A DNA stretch of 64,000 nt. Origin: Mytilus trossulus (taxonomy: Eukaryota). This document shows, piece by piece, positions 43,030 to 55,750 of the stretch. Position numbers and translations under genes: made by a program. The notes beneath the pieces were generated by a model, which searched no databases, had not been told where the DNA came from, and saw nothing but the letters and a program-made list of their open reading frames with translations. Each line of letters begins with the position of its first letter. Within the stretch, counting starts at the first letter, position 1. Where the stretch lies: the NCBI RefSeq assembly GCF_036588685.1, contig NC_086373.1, forward strand, positions 62,062,001 through 62,126,000, read 5' to 3'.

Positions 43030-44075
43030 ATGTCTTCAATTCCGTTTTGTGAACCTTGTCAAAGAGAAAAGACTTCATCAGAAGCAGTAAGCTGGTGTTG
43101 TGACTGTATGGAATCATTATGCCAGAACTGTAATAACGCGCATCGAATAAATAAAATTACTCTGTCTCATACACTAAAGAAAATAGAAGTTATGCCGCCA
43201 GAGGTATCCTCAAATTTAACCGCTCAAAAGTATTGTCCTTTGCACTCTGATTTAATTGTAGATCTGTACTGTGCATACCATGATGCCCTGTGTTGTCGAT
43301 CATGCATGACGGAAAAACATCGAGGATGCGATAGAATGCAGTCATTAGATTTTGTAGCTAAGGGAATCAAACAATCGCCTCTGTTACAGACACTGACTAA
43401 AGATATGGAAGAAGATATTCAATTATTGAAAAAAATAACTCAGAACCGAACCGAAAATTTAAAAAGACTAGACAAGCAAAAGGACGATATACAGAAATCT
43501 ATTTCTGCAATTAAGCAAAACATTATTGATCGCCTTGAAGCATTAGAACATGCATTGCTATCAGAATTATCAACTGTGCATCTTTTGAAATCGTCAAACA
43601 TTCAAAAGCAGGAGGAAAATATTTCGGGGTTGATCGAAAAAGTTAATGAGCATAAAAAGGAGCTAGATTATGTAAAAGAATACGGCTCCAATAGCCAAGT
43701 TTTTATTACACTTCATAATTTGAAAACGTCCACCACTGAAGAAAGAAAACAATTCAAAGTACTAATACATTCTTTTAAAGATATAAATATTGTATATATC
43801 CATCCGAAAAATCAAGAATCTTATTTGACAACTTTAGGAACCTTGATCCATGTAACCAACTTTCAAGTGACCAAAAGACCAAAAAGGATAATTATACACT
43901 TCCACTGATAAACAGTCGTCCGACAACCCAGATCAGTAAAAGACCTGAAACACGCACTCCAATAAAGAACTCGACAGAAACAGGTTCATTTTCTGGAAGA
44001 CTTTCGAAAGCATCAAATATATCAACTAAATCCAGTTATTCAAAATCATCTGTAGATGGGTGTAAACCATCATAA
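43030..44075 (+). CDS. RING-less TRIM-like protein (B-box1, B-box2, coiled coil); probable frameshift near 43840
   Basis: CEPC..WCCDCMESLCQNCNNAH (B-box1), CPLH..YCAYHDALCCRSCMTEKHRGC (B-box2), heptad-rich region. Acceptor at 43020. The ORF stops at 43908 but the -1 frame runs on to TAA 44075. Confidence 0.8.
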
Positions 44076-44838
44076 ATATTTTATGTTTAGTAAATCAACT
44101 GCATATGATTTACTAGAAAGTATATATTTTAATGACCCAAGCATATGTGAATACTAGTAAAGACACATAGTACACACAGTTTTATTTACACTTAAAAGAA
44201 TATCCAACATTATTGCTGGTTGTATTTTGATTTGCAATATTGAAATACAATGTACACTTAAAAAATTCGTAGAGTGAACTACTAGTTTCTAACATACTTT
44301 ACATACACTTAGTAAGGAAAACACATGGCATCTAAATTATGAACGGATTTTACGGATTTTTTTTGATAATTATATTGTATTGTTTTGTTAAAATTTCGTC
44401 CATCAATTTAAATATATTTTGCTTTTTAATGCAATATTCTTGCCCTTGGTACCTGTAAAACTAAAGTTTATCACAAAGCAAGATTTTACTTATAATATTT
44501 TAAATAGGCCTCTGATCAAAAATTTTCGTAGCGATAACTGATTAATTATATTAATGCTGCATATACATTATTAATTAAAATAAAATTCAAAAAATAGATA
44601 CATTTATGTAATCATGTATTATTGTTAAACAGAGAGAAATCCTTTATTTCTTGTTAAGATAAAGAGACCCTTCACTAGAATGTTGGACTAGCGAAGTAAA
44701 TTGTTAACAGCAAGCAATATATTGATGAATACCAAAAAACAACCAAAAAACCCATATACGTTATCAAATAATATGTCTGACAATTATTCTAAACGAAGAC
44801 AGCAAATATCGATGTAAAGCGACATTGTCTTCTCATGA

Positions 44839-47800
44839 TCAAGCATCAAGGATTATAGAAGGATTCTTCTTAATTTCTTCATCGTATTTGTCTTCCTCTG
44901 GCAGACATTCAAAATTTTGCGCAACACCATATCGGTTTATTTTGATAGATGTCTTATGCTTCAGCTTGTTTATTGGTTCTATACAAACAGCATTCAATGA
45001 TGATATTGCTGGATCTTCATCAAAATAGTTGTATGGTAATAGATAAAAGCTTACTTCCATCCCCGGGGTAGTGGTAATTGGCAAGTCTTCAGTGTGTGGA
45101 ATATGTTGAACTCCCATAGTGATCCATGCTACTAAATCCTACAAACATATTAGATACAAAGTCACCTTTAAATATAAAAAATCTCAGTCTATAAACATTT
45201 TTTTTTTAAATTTTATATTATACATTAATTTGCTTACTTAAAATGTTTCTTTTGTCTGTTTTTGTTTTAAATGGTTTTATTTTAAGCATCGTTTGCATAA
45301 GTTAATCATTGTCTTCCTGTATTGTTGATGTCATTTCAGTTTGAAATGTACTGTGCAATACAGCCAACGACTTTAGAGTATGACGGATACTGCATATCAG
45401 TAACTTTAAGTTACATACATGAGCCACGGTCTGCTTTCAGACACCGTACATAATCTTATAAAGTGTGTTTTTATTTTTCATTTTATTTGTACAACATGAC
45501 ACATTGTGTAACTTACTTTTTGTTATCTTCTATATTGTTGATTGTGGTTATAAGTGATGTTCCAAACACAATTGGTATTTGTTATATCATGTTCAGACAT
45601 TGATAGAAATAGTTTGACCCGGACGAGTGTTCAAGTGTTTCTTTCATCTCCTTTTTTTTAATGAAAATTTGAACCTTGAGAGATCTTTAATGACTTACTG
45701 TGGATTCATTTATTTTCGTGGGTACCAATTTTCGAGGTTTGAGGAAAATTTACATATTCCTGGATATTTAATTTCGTGGTTTTGGCAAAGTCTCCACTCA
45801 TTCCTTTAGAAAATTTGTTATTCGTTGAACATTTGAATATGTGGTTCTCCTGTACCCACGAAATCCACGAAAATTGGTATCAAACGAATATTAATGAATC
45901 CACAGTATTGGTTATTTATACATTTACCTCATCAACAACTGATTCATTATCATCAATAAAGTTCTGAAAATGTACAACTGGGTCTTCAGCATCTAGTATT
46001 GAGTATATAGAACTACTGGTGGGTTCTGAGTCTTTATATTTGGTCACTGCAACTTGATATCTAGCCCAACTTATACTAGGTTCGTTACCTTTGCCCTCTT
46101 GTAGGATTTGTTTAGACATTCCCGTGTTCAGTATACGATAACTTTTACTCTTTTTGTAAGATTTCCTTGTCTTGTCATCTTCTTTGTAAAGAAGTAAATA
46201 TTTTGGAGTTTCAAAATCAAATTTATACGAAGCTTCCTCTTCCGTTTTCTTAAGAGTTGAAGAAAATTTATGTTGAATTAATCTTGAATCTGGGTTTTTT
46301 GAAAATTTATTCGGTAAATCTTCCGTTTCAATGTCAACAGTCGCAAATCTATTTTCATTTCCTTTTATATCTAAATCGGCTTTAAAACTAAACATATGAT
46401 GGTGTATGTTAGCTGCCAAATTCTCATGAAGTTTAAAACTGTATTTTGTTTCCTTTTTAGTATAAAATGTACCTGATACGTAGCCAGTGGAAACGGCTTT
46501 TACTTGCACTGCACCATTTGGATACAATATGAAATCGATAATATAGTCATAGTTGATAATAACGATAATTGTTCTCAAAACCAGTACTGTCGTTTCCATT
46601 CCTTCATAAAACCTACCATAATTAAATGAGTAGGAGTGGTGTCTCCGTAATGGCATGCCTGTATTATATTCAAACAGACAGAATACGTTTTCATACGAAA
46701 AAGGACCATCGGACTCCACCAGCAACGTCGTCCCTACAAATGTTGCGTCCTTTGGACAATCGACACCAGGTACTAAACCTTGTGCACGGGATCCGGGTAA
46801 CCCTACACTATCTAAATAATTAGCCATAGCTTGCATGGGTTTGTACCCTGAATAAAAGACGGCAATGTCTTGTAAGCCTATTTCATATGCTATCCTTTCT
46901 TTCTTGAATTTTAAATCATATATTTGTGGACCTTTTGTTGTCGACATCCGGAAATCAAATTCCCAGGACATATAATTAACATGACGATCGTTCACATTAT
47001 ATCTTTTTCCATCAGGTGAGACTTGTACTGGATTTCTTAAAGGAGGACTAATTGGTGGTGTGCCGCGTTGTTTCGCTGCAGAAACACTATCAGTGTTCAC
47101 ATTTGGAAACTGAATTTTAGTAATAGAACCCTTATTTGCACTGTAATAATTTAAAACACCCAATAGATTGTCATGAAGTTGTCCATTAAACCATATGTTT
47201 TCTATTGTATTATTCGTTACGTCCATGTCTACCAATACAGCAAAATCCAGAGGATGTAGGATGTAATATTCAGCAAATTGCGACACCCAATACCATGTTT
47301 TACGTCTTCTTTCCCCAGACAGTGCAGACGCTACCGGTGTTATGTACCGAATGATTAAGCATTTACTATCACAATTTAAAAGTCGTCCCCCGTACAACTC
47401 TTCAAGCATTGTTCCAAGAAGGTTGTCGATTTTTACATTTAGCATATCTATTACCGCGATATGTTCCGGTCCGGTCGTGGGCCGATATATAAAAGGAATT
47501 GACTTCCTTTTATGTGGAACAGGTCTATGACCAGTTGGATTGGGTAAAGGACCAACGATTATTTCTTCAATGTCTGGTTTTTGTTTATCTCCTCTGAAGA
47601 TAATGACATGCGCTTCCCTTGGAGGCTTTTTCGCATTATTGTCAAGATGATCAATGGCTGAGCTCTTGCTAGGTAGATGCATTTCGCACGAGTAAACATA
47701 ACTAGAATTTACTTTCATGTCCGCTGCTTTGACTAAATTAAGACTATGTTGCCTATGTAAATAATTCATTAAAGCTTCAATTTCTTTTGAAGTCAAATCG

Positions 47801-48018
47801 CGAAAAACAGAAGGATTGTCGGATTCTTTTAGATCAATGTGGCCATACTGTCCTTTCTCTTTTCTACCACAGGTAGTGAGTTTCTTTCTATTGCTATGAG
47901 TATTAATAACTATCACTATTATTGCAATTACTAGTGATATTATTATCAGTAGCAAGAGTAAAACGAGTAAACGCCGTCCACCGACTGATTGCCTGAAGCT
48001 AGGATCTGCCATGATCAC
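44839..48018 (-). CDS. Copper-containing amine oxidase (AOC1/AOC3-like), paralog A, about 796 aa, type II membrane anchor
   Basis: Exons 48018-45928 and 45138-44839 (GT-AG, phase 0). N-terminal TM helix, catalytic Asp (NYLDS), TPQ motif NYDY, Cu ligands HxH (NIHHH) and QHIPH. Confidence 0.93.
45698..45905 (-). mobile_element. Tc1/mariner MITE (same family as 10751-10950)
   Basis: Same TIRs and TA flanks, inverted orientation, about 22 bp from the AOC-A splice donor. Confidence 0.85.
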
Positions 48019-49316
48019 AGGGTAAAGTTATTAGTGTTCACACTACCAACTTGTGATCATACTTACTATTCCTGAAAAATAGTAGTTTGTTATTTCTAAC
48101 TTTACCGGTAATTGCACAGAATTGGAATGTCATCATATATAAATACATTTAAATGTTAGGTGTATTTGAAGATACAGCAACAGGCAAATATGTAATCACC
48201 AAGGGATTAGCATGCAGTCTACAGCAAAAGACAATTTCGGTACATAAACAATTTGTATACACGCACAATATAAAACGTATTTTGAAGAGTGGCATAAACA
48301 AGGTGAAAAACCTATAACGTAGAGAAGGCGAAAACCGTTATATTTTCATTTTCAAACAACTTCACAACAAAGATTTTAATACATATATAAATGATGTCCC
48401 CGTAAAAAGAAAATGTATGAAATTTTGAAATTTTCATATGAATAAAAAGTCTTCAATTCAAGTTGTAGTTCATTGTCATCATACAACGAAGTCAAAATAA
48501 ATGATATCACAACGCAAAACAATACGTGTCGCATACTTTCTTTGAATGCTGGTGAGATCATATAGTTTTAACTATCTTTAATAAATATATAAATCCGGAG
48601 ATGTGTTATTGATTGAATTCGGACGACTATCTATCAGAGCACATATAAAGGCAACATCAGTATACCGCTGTTAAATAGTAAGAAATCAATAAAGCGAAAA
48701 CAAATCCGGGTTGCAAATCAACCAAACACGATGGAAACGCATAAACTTTAAGTAGAATACAACGGAACAACAGAAACACTGAACTGCAACAAAAACAAAC
48801 GCCAAAATACATAGAGACGGACTTCCATATTCCCGACATGATCACAGCACATTCTAAAAAAAAATGGTGGGTTAAGCCTAGTTTTATGGCTAGCCAAATC
48901 TCCCAAAATCTAAGGAATACTGAGTGAACAAAACTTGTTATTCCGGCACCAAAAGTAGTAATTAAAATTGACAAAGTCCAATGCACAAATTGTGTTTAAT
49001 GAAAATATGAAATGATGCGTTTGCTTTTTAAAAGAGCAGTAATGAACATTTAATGACAGCTGTTATATTTTGCAAAAACATACACACACACACAAATATA
49101 CACTCATATGGCATAGAATCAAGCATAATATTTATATACGTCACGAATTAAAAAATAGTATAAAATGCATATTAGCTGTTAAGTAAATTCATACATAATT
49201 GCAGTATTTGTCAAGTATATGTACACACATATTGTCATAATATATGACAGTAAAGTATTTTTTTTACTGGTCAGACGGTTTGATTTGTGAATCTTGTTTT
49301 TCTATTACATATAAAT

Positions 49317-52300
49317 TTACAAGAATGTGCCTCCTTCAGTGTCAATTATTAATGACGGATTTTCCGTAATTTCCTCGTCATATTTATTTTTTTCAGGTAC
49401 ACACTGCATACTTTGTTTGACGCCATAACGGTTTATGTTAATAGATGTCTTCAGTTTGGTATTATCTTTTGGTTCAATACGGACTGCATTCAAGGAAGAA
49501 ATTGCTGGATCTTCATCGAAATAGTTGTATGGTAATAGGTAAAAGCTTAACTCCATCCCAGGAGTAGGTGTAACCGGCAAGTCTTCAGTGTGTGGAATAT
49601 GGTGAATGCCCATTGTGACCCATGCTACCAAATCCTAAAAAAAAAATATAATCTGCAAATTATATAAGAAAGGAATGCATATTTTCTTTCTGTAATCTGT
49701 GATATTTTTCTCTTAGGAATATATCGTAAGAAAGCTTTTATGGTGTTTTAATAATATGCAGTTTTATCAAAACATCATTGACTTTGGCTCTATTTTCACT
49801 GAGATAAGCATGAGTATAATATTTCTAAATTTATACTTGTTGAAGATATTTAGATGAATTAGAGATTGGTTTCCTTTGCTACAGATATAAACATGATAAA
49901 AGCAACAGATTGGATCAGACTATCCGCATTGTTTTCAGAGTTTATGGAATGTAACTTGCATTTTTTTTAATGATACAATGGTGTGTATGATCATTTTGTT
50001 TTGTGATAACTCGCACTTCATATTCACAGTGTATGATCCTTGATGATATGATGAACTTAAATTTTCTGAGCAAAGGATTAAACCTATCATGTAGTCGTGC
50101 TTTTTTCATTCTGTAATCCGAATGAATATATGTATATGTTACAGTAAATAGGTGAAATTAGGAATTACACGTAATGACTACACATTTCAGTTAATACCTG
50201 TAATTACTAGACAATTTAGTAATTACCTGTATTTACTAGTTGTTTCAGTGATTACTGGTAATTACTGATTTTTTTTGTCATTTTTACAGCTATTTACTAA
50301 CTTGATTTTTTGTTTTAAAATTAAAAACATAACTCAAGATTCAAAATAAGAAAGTAAAGGGGTAGGGATTTTAAGGGAGCTTACTTGAGGATGTAGGAAT
50401 ATAAGGCACATCAAAAGTGCATACTCTTTACTGTTTGTGAATTGAAACTGGAAAATGGTTGTTTTATATGTCTTGAAATTCTGTAAATGTATGCATGCAA
50501 GACAATGATATCAATCCAAAATTGATTTTCATAATTTTGTTAAACTAAAATCTCAATCATGCACTGTGGTTTAAAACTTTAAAATAACTTTCTCCAAATA
50601 TCTTGGATTTCTATCAAACTTGGACAGAAGCTAAATGTTTATGATCATAAGATAATATCCGAAAGTAAAGCTTGTAAAAAAAAATCCTTTTTTTTCCTAT
50701 ATCACTTATAATCAGGATAAATGGACTAGTTTTTTCCCAGTTAACATTGCATACACTCTGAAGTTTAAGTTTTTAAAACATTAGATTTTATAAACCATCC
50801 TTGATTTTTACCCAATTTTGACAGAAGTTTCTTATAGTACTAGTTAAAGATAGTATCTAGAGGAAAATTTTAATATTTTTTCCTCATTTTTGTTGAGCCT
50901 GCGATTAATAGCAAAAGTAGTCGAGACTGTTTGTTCTGCAAAACCCTTACAATTTTAATAGCTTAATACATCGATAACCCATCTTCAGCTAGGGGTTGAA
51001 TTGAAGGTCACATGAATACGTATTCAATGAGGTCCAAATATTCACTCGCAAGTGCACAACTCATCAACCTTGTTTCTCAGCTAATTATAGAACTGGATTT
51101 TTCCATTTCTGATTTCCATGTCTGCTGAAATTGGTCAAAAATTTTCTGTATAATACTCAACTTTAACCATTTTGGATTAAAACTAAAGTTACTCAGATTT
51201 AACCAAATATTTGAAAGTCCATAATTATTCAAGATATTTTGAATACAAATCAACCATTCAATATTCTAAGACTACTTACTGATCATTTAGTTAGTATTAC
51301 CATAACTTTTGATCATCTGACCATAATAAAACATTGTTTTAGCAGTCAGTAAATAGGTGTAAAAACTCATTTTAAAGTTAGTAATTACTGGTAATAACTG
51401 GGCCGTTTCAGGAATTACTTGTATTAACTAAGTGCATCGGGAATTACCTGTAATTCCTAAATTTTAGTAATTACATGTAATTCCTAATTTCACCTATTTA
51501 CTGTAACATATATATATATATAGTGATATGAAAAATTAAATGGAATTTTCTTTGATTTTTGCGTATTTCTAAAGTTTTGACAATAATCATACATAATGAA
51601 TGACATTCTAGAAGTTGCGTGCATCGATTTAGTTGTTGGTGCATCTTTTTTATATCATTAAGAATTTTACAACAAAACAGGACTAAGGCACACAAGTTGC
51701 AAAACTATATATTACGTCCTGGAAGCAAAACAAATCATGAATACTTAGTAAATACCTAAATGTGAGTTATAAAAATCTTGCATTTATCGTGTTTATAGAA
51801 TGTAAAAACTCTGAATATATATGTTAGTATGGTCTATATCACCGACATATACTCAAAGATAAATATGCATATTTGTTCACCTCTTAAATAAACTCATCAT
51901 ATATAGATACAAGGAGGATTGAAATATGTTGTATGTGAGCTTGACGCGCGTTTCGTGTACAAAAGACTCATCAGTGACGCTTGAATCATATTTAGAGGCA
52001 AATAAAGTACGAAGTTGAAGAGTTTGAGGACTACAAATTCGTATCGTAAAAGTGTTTCCAGATACACCTAAGGTACTCTATACATGAGGTAGAAAAGCCT
52101 CTGTTTTCAAACATTCTAAGTTTTGTAATCAGTTAATTTATAATTATGACCATATCATTATATGTCATGTCAACAAAGGAGTGTTGATGGGCTAATTTCT
52201 ACAAGATTATCGTTTAGTTTTTATAATTAAATGTTGAATACGTCATATACAACTTACCTCATCCACTATTGGTTCATTATCATCAATAAAATTCTGAAAA

Positions 52301-54342
52301 TGTACGATTGGGTCTTCCGAATCTAGAATTGAGTACAAAGAACTACTCGTCGGCTCCGAATCCTTGTATTTTGTTATAGCAACTTGATTTCTGGCCCAAC
52401 TTATACTTGGTTCGTTTCCTTTTCCTTCTGGGAGAATTAGTTTAGACATTCCATTATTGAGTATTCGATAACTTTTACTTTTTCGATAATCGTTTCTTGA
52501 TTTATCATCTTCTTTGTATACGAGTAAATATTTTGGAGTTTCAAAATCAAATTTGTATGCAGCATCTTTTTCTGTTCTTTTGAGAGAAGTCGAAAATTTA
52601 TGTTGTATTAACCTTGCATTGGAATCTTTCGAAAACTTGTTCCGTATACTTTCAGTTTCAATGTTAGCTGTTGCAAATCGGTTTGAAGTTCCTTGAATGT
52701 CTAAATCTACTTTGAAATTAAACAAATGCTGGTGTATGTTAGCTGCAAAATTCTCGTGAAGTTTGAAGCTGTATCTACTTTCATTGTCAGTATAGAAAGT
52801 GCCAAGTACGTAACCAGTAGAAACAACCTTGACCTGCATAGCTCCGTTCGGATAAAACATAAAATCTATTACGTAATCATAGTTAATAATAACTGCAATT
52901 GTTCGTAAGATCAACACTGTTGATTCCATCCCTTCGTAAAACCTACCATAAGAAAACGAATAAGAATGATGTCTACGTAAAGGCATACCCATGTTGTATT
53001 CAAAAAGACAAAAAGCATTTTCAAATGAGAATGGACCATCTGACTCCACTTGAAATGTAGAACTAAAATACGTGGCGTCCTGTGGACAATCAACCCCAGG
53101 GACAAGTCCTTTTGCTTGTATTCCTATTAAACCAACACCATCTAAATAATTAGCTAAAGCTTGCATCGGTTTGTATCCCGCATAAAATACAGAAAGTTCT
53201 TGTAAACTCAATTCATACGCAATCCTTTCGTTCTTAAACCTTAAATCAAACAGCTGTGGGCCTCTTATTGGTGACATACCGAAATCAAATTGCCAAGACA
53301 TATATTCAACATGTCGATCCTTAACATTATATCTCTTTCCATCAGGTGAGACTTGTACTGGATTTCTTAAAGGAGGACTAATTGGTGGTGTACCACGTTG
53401 GTTCATTGTCGAGAAGAGATCTTTGTTAACATCTGGAAATTTAACCTTTAAGATCGACCCCTTATTTGCTTCATAGTAATCTAAAACATCTGTCAGCGTT
53501 TTATACAGTTTTCCATTAAACCAAACTTGTTCGATTGTATAGTTTGGTCCATCCAAGTCTACCAAAACAGAAAAATCCAGAGGGTGTAGAATGAAGTACT
53601 CCGCAAACTGTGACAGCCAATACCATGTTTTACGTCTTTTTTCTCCGGACTGCACAGACGACACCGGTGTTATGTACCGAATCATTAAGCATTTGCTATT
53701 ACAATTAAATAGTTTTCCGTCGTAAATCTCTTCGAACATTGTTCCAAGTACTTGGTCAACTTGCACTGTAGCCATTTCTATTGACCCAACGTGTTCTGGT
53801 CCAGTAACAGGACGGTATATAAACGGAATTGATTGTTTTCTGTTAGGATTCGGTCTGTGTTTGGTTGGATTCGGTAACGGACCAACTATAATTTCTTCAA
53901 TATCTGGTGTTTGTTTGTCTCCTCGTAACATAACAACACGTGCTTCTCGTGGTGGCTGAGTTCCCTTTTTGTCTAGATAATCCAGTACAGAACTTTTGCT
54001 TGGCAAAAATAATTCACTTAAAAAGACGTAGCTTGTATTGACTTTCATGTCTGCTGCCTTAACCAAGTTGAGTATTTTTTTAGAATATAAATACTTCATC
54101 AAACCCTCTATTTCTTTTGAAGTTAAATGATGGAACACGGATGGGTTATCTGATTCCTTAAGATCAATATGACCATACTGTCCTTTTTCTTTACTACCAC
54201 AGGTAGTTATTTTCTTTTTCCTAGTGTGAGTTGTCACAAGAATTGCTATAAGACAAATAAATAGTACTAATGATACAATCGCCAAGATGATGGCTGCTAA
54301 ACGCCATCTTCCCAATGATCGCCTGGATTTAGGATCTGTCAT
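49317..54342 (-). CDS. Copper-containing amine oxidase (AOC1/AOC3-like), paralog B, about 800 aa, type II membrane anchor
   Basis: Exons 54342-52258 and 49634-49317. The acceptor TTTCACAG at 54351 puts the true start at MTDPK rather than 54456. Motifs NYLDG, NYDY, NIHQH, HHIPH. Same intron position as paralog A. Confidence 0.93.
50142..51503. mobile_element. Non-autonomous TIR transposon (TA flanks) in the AOC-B intron
   Basis: About 35-40-bp TIRs CAGTAAATAGGTGAAATTAGGAATTACA / TGTAATTCCTAATTTCACCTATTTACTG, with subterminal TAATTAC repeats at both ends. Confidence 0.8.
51885..52190 (-). mobile_element. Degenerate solo retrozyme monomer in the AOC-B intron
   Basis: Colinear with the 345-bp unit. 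HHR at 51938-51979: CGUCA-CUGAUGA-GUCuuuuguaCAC-GAA-ACGCGCGU-C-AAGCU, with helix I broken. Confidence 0.75.
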
Positions 54343-54645
54343 AATACCAGCTGTGAAAGAGAAACAAACATATATAAACATGAAAGTATAAACTCTATTT
54401 AATAGCTTAATAAGCAGTAATTCTGAAAAATGTCTATCTAGTTTAAACCGTTGCAATATATTTTAAAGCCAGTATAACACATTTTATAAAACTGTTTTAC
54501 ATGCACTTGTACAATCTTGCACTCCCTTCAAACAAACGTGATACAAATTTGGCCTCTCGTAGAGAGTTTACTCATTGGCCTTCATACCACGTCTTCTGAT
54601 TTATATATGAAAAGCAATAAAACGGTACTGAACATTCTTATATTT

Positions 54646-54716
54646 TAAACTAATACAACTCAAAATTTATTATTTATTTTTAGAATAAATAATAAATTTT
54701 GAGTTGTATTAGTTTA
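54646..54716. repeat. Perfect AT-rich inverted repeat (33-bp arms, 5-nt spacer)
   Basis: TAAACTAATACAACTCAAAATTTATTATTTATT-tttag-AATAAATAATAAATTTTGAGTTGTATTAGTTTA. Confidence 0.9.
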
Positions 54717-55241
54717 TCATGGCACCTCTATTGCTTGATTTAAAGGCACAGGCATTTTTTTTCTGCGACAAGTGCCTGTGTTTAAAGGCTAAAATAATCA
54801 CTTAAATAACACATTCCAGAGGTGTAGAGTTTGACTAAAGAGAGTTGGAGTCGGGGGTTCATAAAGGAGTTTTTTTTTTTGGCATTATGAAATACAATAA
54901 TTCATAACATAAGGGTCTCTTAGTTCTATTCCAGGTAATCCTTAAAGTTGGTGAATTTTATTTTGAAGTGAGAGCATATACATAAAAGCATGTCAAGAAC
55001 ATGTGAATTGAGGAATTACATATGCATGTATTCAAGAAATTACTCCCTCCCTCTCCATGTTGACTGACTTGCAGGTCCTACTTTATTAGCTGTTTTGTTG
55101 CCTTTGCTCTCGTTTTGGACATGACTGAAATATTGGACATTTAGTGTAAAACAAACACCAACCAATCAATCAATCAATCTTGAGATGTACCTCAATAGAA
55201 TTTTATTAGTCAAAATTATACGCAATAAGGATGACAGTGTT

Positions 55242-55397
55242 CAGAGGCGGATTTAGGGGGGGGGCGCCCCCCCCCCCCCCTTTTTGGAAAAAAATTTGGT
55301 TGCTTATATAGGGAATCACTGAAGCGTGACTGGAGCGGGCCCCCTCTTAGGTCAGTCAATGGGCCCCCACTTATGAAAAATCCTGGATCCGCCACTG
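55242..55397. mobile_element. hAT-type GC-rich MITE
   Basis: TIRs CAGAGGCGGATTTAGG / CCTGGATCCGCCACTG. No 8-bp TSD is evident. Confidence 0.55.
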
Positions 55398-55409
55398 GTG
55401 ATACATACA

Positions 55410-55750
55410 AGTAGACAGTACAACAGATTACAACAACTACAAAATTAAAGACAATACAATAGACCGATCCAACTACTAAAATTTTTTTGGCAGTTTAATC
55501 GATCACACCAACTACCAAAAATAGTAGACAGTACAATAGAGCATACCAACCACCAAAATGTTAAACAATATTATTGATCACGTTAACTTCCAAAAATATT
55601 AAACAATACATTAGATCACAATATCTGCCAAAAATATCAGACAAAATAATAGATCACACCAACTAGTTAATATATTAGATCATACAATAGATCATACAAA
55701 CTACCAACAATACAAGAAGTACGATCGACAGATCAATGCAACTACCAAAA
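55410..55750. repeat. Degenerate ~38-bp minisatellite (about 8 copies)
   Basis: Recurrent ACAATAGATCACACCAACTACCAAAA-like units. Confidence 0.6.

Noticed and set aside
54343-54456. N-terminal extension of the 737-aa ORF
   Set aside because: Mostly intron read-through. An acceptor at 54351 and alignment with paralog A place the start at 54342.
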